This document shows positions 30,761 to 45,994 of a DNA stretch of 64,000 bases, in pieces. This stretch comes from the human T2T-CHM13v2.0 reference genome, Homo sapiens. The notes beneath the pieces are model-generated. The model saw nothing but the letters and a program-made list of their open reading frames with translations. It was not told the DNA's origin and did not search any database. The position numbers were made by a program, and so were the translations under genes. The stretch's first letter is position 1, and the number at the start of each line of letters is the position of its first letter. The stretch lies in assembly GCF_009914755.1 (NCBI RefSeq), contig NC_060937.1; one strand, 5' to 3'.

Positions 30761-31178
30761 TGTATCAGTCTGTTTTGCATTGTTATAAAGGAATACCTGA
30801 GACTGGGTAATTTATAAAGAAAAGAGGTTTATGTGGTTCATGGTTCTACAGGCTGTACAAGCATGGCACTAGCATCTGCTCAGCTTCTGGTGAAGCTCAG
30901 AGAGCTTTTACTCATGGCAGAAAGTGGGAGAGCAGGCATGTTTCATGGTGAGAGAAAGAGGAAGAGAGAGAGGAGGAGGTGCCAGTCTCCTTTAAACCAG
31001 CTCTCAGGTGAACGAACAGAGGGAAAACTCACACATTACCATGTGGAGGGAGGGAACCAAGGCATTCCTAAAGAATCTGCCCCCATGACTCAAAGGCCTC
31101 CCACCGGGCCCCACCTCCAATGTTGGGGATCACATTGCAACATGAGATTTGGAGGGGACAAATATCCAAATGCCTTCA
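30761..31178 (-). mobile_element. MSTB-type MaLR solo LTR
   Basis: TGTATCAGTCTGTTTTGCATTGTTATAAAGGAATACCTGAGACTGGGTAATTTATAAAG...CAACATGAGATTTGGAGGGGACAAATATCCAAA. Confidence 0.9.
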
Positions 31179-31539
31179 CCCCTAATCCATACCCTGCTTA
31201 ACTTATGATGTCTCTGCAATAGACACTCCTTTTTGTCACTTTCTGAAACCTCCTTTTCTTTTGACCTTTTAATGGGCCACTTTGCCTATTTCTAGCCCTA
31301 TATTGTCACTTCCCCTGCTCTCATGCAAATGATTCCTTCCTCTACCAAAGTTTTTAGATAAATTAATGCAATCTGTGTAATGTCACCTACCACTAATACT
31401 TCTACTCTTAAAATTACTTACTGATTTAGAGTTAACAAAATGTTAACTCAATTTTATCCTTGCTTGGTAGCTGATAACCCCTTTGAGGTGTCTCTTAATA
31501 AATCTGTAATTGCATTCCTACCCAAGCTTTTTTCTCTCT

Positions 31540-33040
31540 GAAGTTACAATTTTATGCTCACCTTATGACTCTTCCCACATGAATTCACCTTGTATAGAGG
31601 AAATTAAGACCACTCAGTCACTATTTCCTTAATTTCCCTCATCTCTACCTCAACTTTTCTGTCTATACCATCACAAATGTTTCCCTTCATTCTCTTCTTT
31701 TTCTGGGGAAGAAGTGCCTTTTCTCCTTTAGAACATGACACATCTACTCCCTCTGGAAATTTGCTTTATCAATTTTGTGTTCTCTTTTCAGCATCTTCAA
31801 TCTTTCCCTTTTCCCTGCCCTTTCCTCTCTGCCTGCTTATTAATAATTCTAAAAATCTCTCTTCTGACACTTCCATTCTATTTCAACTCTACTATTGCTG
31901 CTAAATGCCTTTAAAAGATATCCTACATGCACATTTATTTTTCCTTGCTACTCCTCAGATGTGCAGTTGGGCTCTAGAAACTTTTATGAAGATTGCCTTC
32001 TTTTCAAATCCAATGACTTCTAAGAATTCACATTACTCTACCTCAGTGCAGCCTTGGCATAACTGACTTCTTACTGTTTCCTGAAACTAAATTGTTTTTA
32101 GGTTTTACCTAAGGTACACTTTCCTGCGTATCCTCTTACATTCCTAAAGTTTCTCCCCTCTGTTTTTATGATTCCACTTTCTTTTCCTACCCACTAAACA
32201 TAGTTCCCAAGATTCTGTCTTAAGCTGTCTGCTTATGCAGCATTTACTCCTGTTACTCAACTGTCAATTTAGTATGAATGACTCCTAAGCACCCCCCGCC
32301 CCCCACCCCCCAAACACACACTAGCTGGATCTCACTCCCAAGCTCTAGACATGATAGTTCCACGGTCCCTGCATGTCTCCCAAACTTTTCATGTCCAAAA
32401 AAAAAAAAAAATCTGTCATCACCTTCTCCAAATCATCTCCTCCTTCTGACTTCCCATATCTCTTCTCTAGTCAGTGGTGCTTGAAATCTCAGACTCATCT
32501 TGACTCTTGCAATCAGATTTAATCATACTCTGCTGGCACTGCCCTCGCACTGTTCTCTCTGTTGCTATCCCCTTCTATTTTCATAATGTCACCTCCCTTA
32601 AGGCGTCAATGATGCCTTCCTGAGATTTACTAGCAAAAGCCTTCTGTCTGCCACTCTACCACCAGCCTCAGCCCTCCAATTTATTCTGCAGTCATTTACC
32701 AGATCAGATTTGTCTTGCCAAGACACATGTCTAGAAAAATCTGGTTCAAAACCCTCCAGGAACTGTACATTTCTATTGAACAAAGTCTAAGCCTATAGTC
32801 TAATATTCTAGGTTAATTTCCACATAATTTTCACAGCTTTGTTTCCTATTACTTCTCTTATATTTTCCTACATTTCAACCAAACCATACCATTTGTCGAT
32901 TCTGTCTTTTTTCCACATCATGCCTTTGCACTTACTATGAAGGTCTTTACATTAGTCCTCTCTGTGTTGGGCTCCTTTATAACATGAGGCCATTTTTCAA
33001 GGCTCGTACAAATATGACCTCTTCCCTGAGCCCAACTTTC
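31540..33040 (+). mobile_element. L2 remnant (further pieces near 30400-30750 and 33660-33745)
   Basis: C/T-rich degenerate L2 motifs: CAAATCCAATG, TCATCTTGACTCTT, TTCAAAACCCTCCAG, TTCAAGGCTC..AAATATGACCTCTTCC, GCTCCTTGAAGGCAGG. Confidence 0.65.
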
Positions 33041-33086
33041 CCTCTTCCAAATTTCGGGGTGCAATGATTTTTTGCTCTTAATCTCA

Positions 33087-33485
<399 letters not shown>

Positions 33486-33489
33486 TTAC

Positions 33490-33655
33490 ATATTACAGTA
33501 ATTCATTATATGTCCATCCATCACTGTGAAGTGACCAGGGCTTATTATTTCAGTTTCTGGAAACTGAAATCGGGAAGTGTTCATTGACTGACCCAAGGTC
33601 ACACAGCAGCAATTTAAACCGAGATCTCTGGACTTCCATTCCAGCATTCATTACA
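33490..33655 (-). mobile_element. MIR fragment
   Basis: GGAAACTGAAATC...GACTGACCCAAGGTCACACAGC...TTTAAACCGAGATCT. Confidence 0.65.
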
Positions 33656-33879
33656 GAATGCTTTATTTTGTATGGCAGTTACTTGTATATTCTCTTATCC
33701 CCACTACTACACTATGGGCTCCTTGAAGGCAGGATTCTGAGAATAAAAGTTTCTTTGTAGGAAAGCATTGATTGTTCTTTGGCTAGAGAAGCAAATAAAT
33801 ACAAGAACTGGGTTTGTACATGCCTAATTGGTTGCTGACAATTTTGCATCAGTAAAGTGGCTTCTGAAAGTCAGCCAAG

Positions 33880-34206
<327 letters not shown>

Positions 34207-34414
34207 TCACCCTAATCAGCTCATTTCATATCAACCAATCAGCAAGTCTTGCTGGAGTATCCACACTTCTACAGATAAAGGGCAAGCACTTCCTGAACAT
34301 TCCCACTTTGGGAAAAATCCACCAATACCTTAGCATCTCCATTCTTCCCAAAACCCTATGTAAGACAAAGTCTGGGTCTTATATTCAGGTCATAAATAGA
34401 TTTTCTCAGAAAAA

Positions 34415-34830
34415 TCACATAATGATTATGAATTTGTCATTTTTACCCAGTGTATTAACAGTTTTTGCTTTATATGTTTTGTAGCTATGTTGTGTGGTGC
34501 AAAAAAGATTCAAGGTCATTCCATGTTTTGGTGTATTGTACATATAACATGAAACATTCTGTGTTCTACTCAGTGTCTTTGCACTTAATTCAATTTTGTG
34601 TGATATACTGATATACCACTTCATTTTTCTTCCCATTTGCTGTGCATATTTCTATTTTCAACTCCTCCATGTGGTGTTTAAAAAGACATATTTCTTATAA
34701 ATAACATAGAGAAGAATTATTTTTTTAACTCACTCTAAAATCTCCTTTTGATTAAAACAAAAACAATTCATTCATATTTATTGTAATTTCTGATATATTT
34801 TGGTTTACTCATGCCACCTTATTTTATATT
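34415..34830 (-). mobile_element. Old L1M fragment
   Basis: AT-rich reverse L1 ORF2 5' region motifs (ATTATGAATTTGTC, TCTTATAAATAACATA, TTCATTCATATTTATTGTAATTTCTGATATATTT). Confidence 0.55.
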
Positions 34831-35155
34831 TTCTTTTAGGTATATTTCTTGCTTCTCCCGCCGCCGCATCTTCTCTTGTTCATTTGTTCATTGGATTAAG
34901 TTTTGTTTCGCTGTTGTTGTTTCTTTTTTCCTTTCAGCCCCAGTAGTAGTTCGGGAGTTCTTCAGAGAGCAGGAAAAGAGACTGGCTGGAGGTTTTTTCA
35001 TAGCAGTTAGAAGGTGGGACCAGAGTGAAGATTCTACATTTGGTTTAAACTTTTTACCAGCACCCAAATGAAAGTTCACCCCTACTTTGTTATCAGCTTT
35101 GCCAGGTGTGAGACAGAGAGAAAGAAGAAGGATTGAGATGCTCTTTTTAGTAGCT

Positions 35156-35456
35156 GTTGTTGTTTGAACACTTCACCCAGGCTGAAGTGCACTGGCATGA
35201 TTATAGCTCACTGCAGCCTCCACTTCCTGGGCTCAAGTGATCCTCTCAAACTCAGCCCTCCAGAGTAGTTGGGACTACAGGCATTGTGTTACCATACCTG
35301 GCTAATTTTTTTTGTAGACATGGGGTCTCATTATGTTGACCAAGTTGATCTCAAACTCCTAGGCTCAAGCAATCTCAAACTCCTAGGCTCAAGCAATCCT
35401 TCCACCTTGGCCTCCCAAAATGCTGGAATTACAGGCATGAGCCACCAAGCCTGGCC
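35156..35456 (-). mobile_element. AluJ with internal 24-bp tandem duplication
   Basis: Reverse AluJ. ATCTCAAACTCCTAGGCTCAAGCA occurs twice at 35348-35395. Confidence 0.9.
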
Positions 35457-36339
35457 TAGACTGGGCAATCTGTCAGCAGCCAAGCAAAAGATGGAGTCAG
35501 TTCCATTATATTGATATTGCTCATTTCTGGATATACATACTCCTTGGAATCAGTGCATTTAATGTTATCACCAAACTCTAGCAAGGTTTAACACTTACAG
35601 TACTCTTTTCTTCTACTGACTACATTGTGTCTAACCAGAGAATTTAAAGCTTCCTTGGTTTTCTTGCAAATTCAGTGTCAAAACTGTTCACTGAAAGTGA
35701 GTTCCAAGAGTCCACATCATCTCTGCTCTCCAATTCTTCACTGCAGGGCCACTGCTCAAATGACTCAGCTCTAATCCTAGGGTTTGTAATCAGTCCACAG
35801 TGCAGATAGCTACAATACTGCACAGGGATCCTCAGCAATTCCAGATGACTGCCCCCTCCCCCCTACCCCCATGTATTAGGATGACTCAGTCCACAAACTT
35901 AGGAATGCAACACATTTAATTTAATTTTATTTTCTCTAGAAACTCAATTTCTATTTTAAGCCCTTGAAAAAGAGAGGAAATTCCAACGGACTGGAATTAG
36001 GCCTCTACCAATCCCATAGAATGGGCACTTAAAGTAGAAAGCTCTAGGAGGTTTATATTGTGCTCAGACATTGGGTCCACATCATGCATATTTCAGTGTC
36101 CTCAGCAAAGTCACCACTGAAACATTACTTAATGTCTCTTATGTAATAGCTAACATTTATTTGCACTTTCATGTCATATCATTCTCTCACTTAATCTTGA
36201 TGTATGTGTCTAAGAGTAATATAGTGTCTTTCCTGAAATATTTTATGACACAAAATGAAAACAACTTATCCTAGTGTTTCCTCTTTTGAAATCTCAGAAT
36301 CAAATTTGCTGTTCAATTAGAGAAACAATTTTATTCCAC

Positions 36340-36430
36340 TATAACCTAATCTCCATGTGATCAGGGTGATATCTCCTTTTCATCCTTGATGCCAAGCACA
36401 TTGCCTGGCACATAGGGGATCAATAATTGT
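36340..36430 (+). mobile_element. L2 3' end fragment
   Basis: CTCCATGTGATCAGGG...AGCACATTGCCTGGCACATAGGGGATCAATAA. Confidence 0.6.
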
Positions 36431-37202
36431 AAAACAGAAGAACATCTTTCCTGGGTGGGCTACAATTATCTTGGCACTTATGCTCCTTCTGATCTACATT
36501 TGTATATGTTGTATTGCGCATCACTTCAGATCCTTTGTTTTGGAATTAGGAGGGAGATAAGAAAGAAAATAACAGAGAGAAGGAAATAGGAAATGGAAGC
36601 GTGTGTGAAAATAGTCTCTATGCTACTCCAGTAGTCGCCAACTTTACGTTTCTCTTTTCTTTCCACTTAAAAAAATCTGTATTATTTTCTATATACTTTT
36701 CTGATCATCTTTTTTTTCCTAAATGAACCAATGCATTTAATACATGCAAAACAAACCAAAAACAGATCTGGGCAGGACAGAGGGTTCATCTGTTCATGTA
36801 AAAACCATTCATAGGGCTGCTATCTGGTGACAGGCCTTGCACTAGACACTAGAAGATACAAAGCTGGATATGAAGCACCTGCTGCCTACTTCCAGGTGGG
36901 AGTAAACATATAAACAATGCAGTGACAGATGTATGTGTAGGGTACAAGTGAGAACACAAAGGGATTATGACATTGAGAAGATTATGTGAGTTGAGTCCTG
37001 AAATATGACTGGAGCTTGCCAGGTGGTAAGGTTGGAAAGCTGCTGGGAAGATAATTCTACGGACAAGTCTGTCTCTTTCCACACTCTTTCAAAGCAAGGA
37101 GCTTTTGGAAATTTAAACTCACACACGGCCGATTGCCTTAAAACAATAATTACTTAAAGATAATTTAGTTCTGTGATACTTAAAAGTATATTTAGATTTT
37201 TA

Positions 37203-37540
<338 letters not shown>

Positions 37541-39570
37541 TCAACAGCTTTGCCTCTGAAACATTATGTATATACTATGTATACAATAATGTATACAAGG
37601 CCCAAATATCTAAAGAAATGGTTTCCTTTTGAAAATTCTCCAAATTGCACTCTGAGTGCTTTGAATTCAACTAACCATGAAAAATCTCCTTTTTAAAATA
37701 AAGTAATTAAAAATTGGATATTGTTGCATTTGAAAAATATTCTTTATGAAGAGTTGATTTCTTTGATATAATATTCATTTCCCTTGGGGAAACACCCTCA
37801 ATAAATGAAAATATTTTTACGGCAAATAATCTATTGCTTTAAGTTCACTTAAATTGACTTGATAATCTATTTCAACTCCTGTGGCAAATTTCTATGTGGA
37901 AAGGATCTTAATTAAAATAAAAGTAATATATGCATATGACTAAAAAATCAAATAGTGTGAAGAACTTATAGTGGAAAGAATAGTTCCTTGTCCAACCCTC
38001 CCATCCACAGCCACCTCCCTAGAGATAACTATTACAAACAATATCTTAGTACTTCCAGTGGTTATGTCAATATCCCTAAATGAAACACGTCACCTCCATT
38101 TCTTTACTTCTCAAGGATATGTGGCTTCATTTATACCCCTCATCTTCATATATTTATACCATTAGGCTTTACTTCTATTAGTATACCTTGGTAAGTTAAT
38201 GAAGATGCTTAAACATCTATTGCTCATTCTGTCAACTGGATGCAGTACATCTTAACCCCCAACTTTGTAAAGTAAGGATATTGGCTCCTTTATCCTTCTC
38301 TCCAATGCCATGTTGTTGTTATGTTTAAGTTAGCGTGTTAACATTATTTACTACAGATTCAAGTGTCATGATAGAACATGTCTCATATTATATTTTCTTC
38401 TCTGTAGATCTAAGGTAATGTCCCCAATTCCACTCAACGAGTGTTGTTACAGTGGAATCATCTTGATTACGCTCCAACAGTGATTGAAAATTCTGCCACA
38501 TTTCTGTTTGCTTTGGAGTCACAGCATGCTTTGCACAGCTTTTTGATTTTCCATGAGATTCTGATCGACTGTCTTATCTGGTTGATGGAGAATCGTGTGC
38601 CTCCTTATAATAACCTCTATACCTTTCAGCATTTTTCTCTTTCTGTCTGTTACTTAGAATCTCTCTCATTCTTTTTCATGACGTCTACAGCTAATTAGAA
38701 CCATTTACTTCATATTTGGACCATCACTTTTTTTGTGTTGGTTTTTTTCTCCTGTGAACTTTTTATTCCCCCATTTGATCTCATGCACTCTGTATCTTTA
38801 GTAAATCATCATGTTCTTCTAGCATCTTAATTTTTCTGTCCATCCAAAGGAATCCCTTCACTCCTGGAGACCTCCTACAGGGAGCCTTCTACCCACTTGC
38901 ATACGTTTGAACTGATTATTTTCTAGGTCTTTTGCACAGTTGTCTTCCTAGACCTTCCTTTCTTTGCTCTTCTGGATTGAATCTACAGTTTCCTGGATCT
39001 CATGTTTTTCCTCTTTGGGTTTACTTCCTCATTTAACCAAAACATATCATTAAATTATTTCCAAAGAAGAGTATATGAAAAATAAACTTTATAATCTTTC
39101 ATATGTCTGAAAGTACCTTTATTCTGCCATCACGATTGATGAATACTCCAGCTGCATAGAAATCCATCAAAATGCATTCCTCTTCAGAGATTTGAAGGCA
39201 CTACCCATTGCCTGTTAACATCCAGAATTGCTAATGAGAAGTCTGATGATAGTTTAATTCTTTTGTAAGTGATCTATTTTTTTCTCAGTAAATGTTTTGA
39301 ATATATGCTATTCTTTATGTCATTGTGCAATTTTGTAATGATTGTGTAGTTGTGGACTTTTTCTATGCAACCTATTTGGTACTCAGCAATCTCCTTCAAT
39401 TTGAAGATTTGTGTCTCCCTTCAGCTCTGGGAAACTTCTTTATGTTTTTGTTGTTATTGTTGCTGTTTTGCTAATTTTCTCATTTCCAAATTATCCATAC
39501 TTTCATTTTTGGAACTTTTATTAACTGTTTATTGGCTCACCTGAACTGATTCTCTATGTTCTTATTCTTT

Positions 39571-39966
<396 letters not shown>

Positions 39967-39969
39967 TAA

Positions 39970-40303
<334 letters not shown>

Positions 40304-40937
40304 AACTGTTTCATTTTCAAGAGTTCTCTAATTATTCATTTTCATGATACATTACTTCAACTTTCTGGGAGTAGTACCTTCTTCAATCTTTCCAAGAATT
40401 TCCCCGGATTTGTTTCTCAGGGTTTTTTTTTCTTCTGTTCCTAAAATTATCCTCGCTTTTTTCCCGATCAGTTTTTCTGTTTGCTTAACTTTGTTTGTTA
40501 GGTGTTCTTCAGATACCTGGTGATTCTTGATTCATATTTAAGAATTAGGCCACGGGAAGGCTGGATAGGAGCTCGGTGTAGACAGGCAGTACTTCTCAGC
40601 CAGGCATGATCTACGCAGCTTGCTTTGTGCGTCCACCTCTGCTTTGTGTCTTGGTCAATAATCCTCCATTCACTGCCTTTCATCCGGAAATGTTTTTCAG
40701 TTTCCTCATCCACTTATGAACCTCTTCAATTTCTCTTCGTTACATATTATCAAACTTTCTTAACAAAAATTATTTACGTTGATTTTATGGATCCAGGGGG
40801 TAGCAGTAGAAATACATGTGGTAAGTTCCAAATCTTTTACGAAAATCATTAAAAATTTTCATCTTTGAACATATTGGGTGTGGAGTAATTAAGAAAGGAA
40901 TTTTGGGGGTCTTTTCTTTATTTTATTTGCTTGGGAC

Positions 40938-41445
40938 TATATCAGTTTAGGAATCAGTCTTTGACTGCAAGTAACAAAAACCCAACTAACATTGGCTTAA
41001 ACAAGTAAAGGGCTGTTCTTATCCATGAAAAGGAAGTGGAAGTAGGTAACTGAGAGTGTTCATTCATCTCCTCAATGATAGTATCAGAAAACCAGGCTCT
41101 TTCTGCCTTTCCACTCCACTTCTCTAGCCTGTGGGCTTTTGTCCTTCTGTCCATCTCCTCAGGCAAATGGTTCCTGCAGCTCCAGCCACCAAATTAACAT
41201 CTAAGGCAGGGTCAGTCACATCTGTCTTCTTTTTTCAGGAAAGCAAAAGATTTCCTGCCCCTTCCCATCAGACATGCACTCACTTCTAATTGGGCAAAAC
41301 TGTGTCACATGGCCACCCTTATCTTCATGGGCCTGGGGAAGCCGAATACTACTTGACTTAACGGAATCTATCATCCTGAACAAAATTGGAGTTTGCAAAG
41401 AAGGAAAGGGAATGGATATTGGGTAAGCAGCCAACATTGTCTGTA
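40938..41445 (-). mobile_element. MLT1K-like MaLR LTR
   Basis: GACTGCAAGTAACAAAAACCCAACT...GGCTTAAACAA...ATTGGGCAAAACTGTGTCACATGGCCACCC...GGATATTGGGTAAGCA. Confidence 0.75.
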
Positions 41446-41632
41446 GCTGGGAGCAAAATATAATTTTTGTAAAGAATAAAATTTTCAAAAAAGTTATATG
41501 ATCAAATGTAAAATGTAAGATATGTAACTGATCAGCAGTAAAATCCTGATAGTATAAAATAAATCATATATGATAAAATAGAAAACATGCTTACATTTTA
41601 AAATCAAGTTTGTCTGGTGTATTTATGGAAAC

Positions 41633-42027
41633 TGGTAAAAAGTTTAGCTTCAAGCTGCCTCCTTACATATATTAAGCTCGGCCTAAAGGTTTCTCCGTAC
41701 ATAGTGAACTGCAATGTAACTGGATGTGTAAACAGACTGTAACCTTCTCTTGTGCCAATCATTGAGTTTCAGCCAATCAAAGTGACCAACCGTTCAAACC
41801 ATCTTCAAAGAAGGCAAACACCAAGGTGTAACCAGTCAGCTGTTTCTGTACCTGGCTTCTGTTTTCTGTACTCACTTTTCTTTTTCCATCCACAAATCTT
41901 CCACCATGTCGCTGCACTGAAGTCTTTCTGAACCTATCCTGGTTTGAGGGCTGCCCAATTTGTGAATCATTCTTTGCTCAATTAAACTCTGTTAAATTTA
42001 ATTTCTTAAGGTTCTTTTCTTTTAACA
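41633..42027 (+). mobile_element. MER57-family ERV1 solo LTR
   Basis: AAGTTTAGC..AAGCTGCCTCCTTACATAT..TAAG.TCGGCCTAAAGGTTTCTCCGTACATAGTGAACTG; ends TTTAACA. 4-bp TSD AAAC/AAAT. Confidence 0.88.
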
Positions 42028-42494
42028 AAATCATCTGGCAACCCAAAGTACACCACAAAAATTTGTGATTAAAATGTATCTGGGTAATAATCAAATTGCA
42101 TAAAGGTCATTTACAAACCATAGACTTCTACCTCTTCACATATTTAAGAACAATATTTTCCGGGGTGGAAGTTGTCTCAATTTTTCTAGAAGGCTGCTAT
42201 CCCTTTCTACTTGGCACTCATTGTACCCAGGGTTAGGACCACGCCCAAGTGGTTTTTCTTTTTTTTTTTTGAAGAAAGGTTAAAATGAAACACAAGGCTT
42301 TTTCTTGACTTATAAATACCTGACCTGTTAAATATTTGCTATATATGTTACATATTAGTGTCTGTCTCAGCCATGGCCTTATCTTCTTGAGATATCTGCC
42401 ACAGCAGGTATGCCTGGGACTCCAGTGCTCTCTTCAGCAAGCTTTTTTTTTCCACTTAAAAAAAAATTCAGAGGGCATTTAATTTCAAAAGGGA

Positions 42495-42930
42495 TATGTC
42501 CTTTAGGATTGATTTTGCTGCAGGTAAGGCAAACCTAAAATAACAGTAGCTTAAAACAAATAGAAATGTATTTCTCTAATATGAAAGAACTCCCAAGATG
42601 GAAAGTCCAGGGATAGTAAGGCAGTTTGGTCCCAGGCTCCTCCTATGTTCTGCTTTTCTCGGCATGTAGCTGAGGGTCCAAAATAGCTGCTTGAGCTCCG
42701 GCCATAACAGCCACATTCTATACAACAGGACGAAGTAAGGGACACTGTAAGAATACTTCCTAGAAGCTGCACACAACACTTTCTATTGTTCCCCCACATG
42801 GCCATATCTAGCTGCAAAAGAAGCTGGGAAAAATAGTCCTGATTCCATGTGGCCACGTGGTCGGTTGAAAATCAGGTATTCTATTACTAAGCAATAATAG
42901 ATATTGGCATCAAAGAGCCATCTTTGTCAT
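42495..42930 (-). mobile_element. MLT1J/I-like MaLR LTR
   Basis: AAAATAACAGTAGCTTAAAACAAATAGAAATGTATTTCTCT...CACATGGCCATATCTAGCTGCAAAAGAAGCTGGGAAA. Confidence 0.75.
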
Positions 42931-42934
42931 GTGT

Positions 42935-43090
42935 TATGACAACACTTAACAAGGCTTTTTACCCTATTGCACAAAATGTGTCAGGCCCTATCCTGAGTGC
43001 TCTGCATGTATTAAATTATTTCATTCTCAGAACAACCCTGTGAAGTAAGTGTTGTTATCTCCATTTGTCAGCAGAGAAAATGTGGACGGA
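42935..43090 (-). mobile_element. MIR fragment
   Basis: TGTGTCAGGCCCTATCCTGAGTGCT...ATTCTCAGAACAACCCTGTGAAGTAAG...CCATTT. Confidence 0.7.
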
Positions 43091-44622
43091 AATTATTCTA
43101 TTTGCTTGATACCCAGCACACAGCCTAACACAGCACCTCTTGCCCTCAAGTATTTAATTAATGCTTTTTGGTGACCTTGACTGACAGTGAAAATGCACAC
43201 AGGTCTGCAGGAGGTTGATTTAAGCCTACCACTTTGGGTAATCATGTTTGCAAAGGGTTTTAAATTATTGATGTTGATTTTCTAATATTCTGTACTGGGA
43301 AGCATGCTTTTCAAAGCTGTGTGCTCTAATGAAGAGTCCTCATGATTAGACTTGTTGGCTAAATATCCCAAGGGGGACTGGAATCACCAGTGGATGATTT
43401 CAAATTGCTGCTCCTTGGGGTGCAGCCAGGCCTGACTTTGTGTGATGTGGAACTGTGATAGGTCTCAAAGATCTTAGGAAGTGGATCTAGAACAGGGAAA
43501 GATCAGAATTCAGCTGTGGGCTGGAGAAGGACCAGCTAAGGACAATACACACCAAAGTATGGTGGTGGAAAGCGGCTTGTCACTTTTCTAGGTTAGTATT
43601 TTCCTGGCATTTCCTGGGCATTCTTTTAAAGTCCTGGAAATGTAAGGCAAATGGCCTTTTATCACTATGGCAATTTGGTCAAGAAAAATGTAAGCAAAAT
43701 CTACATTTCCAAAAAGCAATATCGTGTGTTTATTCATTTTTTTTTCTTCTTCCAGCTGCCACATTAATGTCAGGATGCTCCACAACGGTGACAGGTCATG
43801 AGACTTTTCAGATTATTTTGCTGTGAATTTTTAAATATTTCACGTAAACCATAGACTGACTGTAATGTTTAGTACAGTTTTCTCACCCCATAGGTCCTTT
43901 GCCAAATAAAATACCGGGAAGGAAAGTCTGAGAGATTTTTATGCGTGGATTCTTTTTATCATTCCTTAAAATATATTTCCTCTCTTAGCAACAAAGGAAC
44001 TTTAGCTCTAGAAGGCTTTGTACTGTGTTATAACTTTCATATTACCCTTTCCACAGCCATTTTTCTTTGGCTGCTTGGTGTATATCATTCATTGCAAGTT
44101 TACTTCATTCCCCTGGATTCATAGCTGATGCTCTGTGGACCATAAAATTTCAGCTGCAAAACCAGAACATCTCATTATTTCTGAAATATCAAGCTTGTAT
44201 CTTCTTGATAAATAATTCCTACTAGTATAATGTATCAGACTAAAACATATTTTCTGAGGCCAGTGAGGTTAAAGCGGCAATCTCACCTTTTTTAATTTTT
44301 TCGCCCTGAAGACAGTGATTTCCATATATAGAGTGACCCCGGTTTGTGTTGAACATGGGGAATGAGGATGAAGCATGAAACGGCACATATTGCTGTCAGA
44401 GATTTGAAATGAGGCCTGCTAACCTGTAGGCAGCCTTCCAGACTAATCAGCCCCTCGCATTACCAATATATTCAGATAGCTGCACACCTTAGCTAGCAGT
44501 GGGCTGGGAAGTTTTCCCTTTCTTCCTGCTGCTTCTTCTCCTTTTTTTTTTTTTTTTAATCACAGTCATTGACAAACATTACATTTTAATGCAATTCTTC
44601 CTTCCCTCTCCTACTACACTGG

Positions 44623-44681
44623 GAAAAAAAGGAAAAAAAGAAAAAAAGAGAGAGAAAGAAAAAAAGAGAGAGAAAGAAAAA
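44623..44681. repeat. A/G-rich low-complexity tract
   Basis: Contains AAAAAAAGAGAGAGAAAG repeated twice in tandem. Confidence 0.8.
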
Positions 44682-45114
44682 GTTTCCATTGATATCATAT
44701 CTCTGAGACACTAGTTTCATCTGATTTCCCTGATGCCTGAGAAGTGGGTGCAACTGTTTGAATTTGCTTTTGAATATACATCGGTCAGCAGTGCTTACAC
44801 AGGTGATAACATTTTTACTCTTTCAGTAGACAACAGTCAACGCTCTGGAATTCAGCCACTTGCTAAAATTGGCTGCCCAATTTTCTAGCACCAGGAGCTT
44901 TTTTTTAAGGATATCGTGTCACCACTCTGAGTTTTGTTTCTTGTACATTACAAGGTAGCAACATTGGGAAGGGCAAGAGGTTTTAAAAAATGAATAATTT
45001 GTTTTCTGCTTCCTGAAGTCCTCTCTTTTAGTGTCTGTTTCACAAACAAGGAAATCTGCCAAAATCATGCCAAAAAATTTCTCTGTTTCAGGCCTGCAAA
45101 TGAATGGTAGAATC

Positions 45115-45278
45115 TATGTGTGTGTGTATATAGATATATATTTATATGTATTAATTTAACATATGTACATATGATACATAATATATATCTAACATATGTA
45201 TACATACATTAGCATATATAGTATATATGTCTGACATATGTACGTACATACGCACACATACATACACACATACATGTA
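45115..45278. repeat. Degenerate (TA/CA)n simple repeat
   Basis: TGTGTGTATATAGATATATA...ACATATGTATACATAC...CACACATACATACACACA. Confidence 0.85.
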
Positions 45279-45994
45279 AGCACAATTCAGGTGACTTAAT
45301 ATAAGTCATTTCCAGGTCAATTATCCCACTATCTGATGGTGCCGCCTTCTTGTAGCTGTTACTGATGTCAAGAAGCACCACGGTGATTGTCTGCCTTGGA
45401 GGGAATTTGTTTTCTATGCTGACATTGTAAACAGCTACAACAGCAATTCCAACCTGTGGGCCTTGGGCCCTTGGTGGGCCACGAGTTATTTCAAGCGGTC
45501 TTTCCATCCATATGTAGAGTAAGCCTTCTGAGGAGGCAGAATGAGAAATATTCATGTATATAAGGCCATTTTTTTAAAACATACAAGTGCTATTATGATG
45601 ATTAAAATTCTAAAAGGTATTTAATAGCATTATTGAATTTATGGTATTTTTGTCATTATATATTTTCTCCACTGAAAGTACAATGATCTTTTGATTAGTG
45701 GGTGTAATGTTTTAACCTTGAAGAAAAGACCTCATACACAAAAGATCAGAAACCACTGAGCCGAGGAAGACAGGAAATTAAGATAGATCCAGAGTGATGA
45801 AGATGCTGCATGTGGGAAGCAGGGGGCTGGAGCCACAGGGCACCTAGAAAGAGCTGCCAAATGTTACTTTGGCTTTTTACTCCTTGGGTCTCCCAGGAGT
45901 GAAGACCCTATGACATGAATCCCTTAATAGACCATAGCATCACGTGACCAAATTATCCAGTAAGTAGCCCCTTCTTAGGATCTAGACAGGTAGG

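Noticed and set aside
34880-35060. Acceptor-like TTCTTTTTTCCTTTCAG and 86-aa ORF
   Set aside because: No convincing downstream donor, and the T-richness may come from the adjacent antisense L1 remnant.
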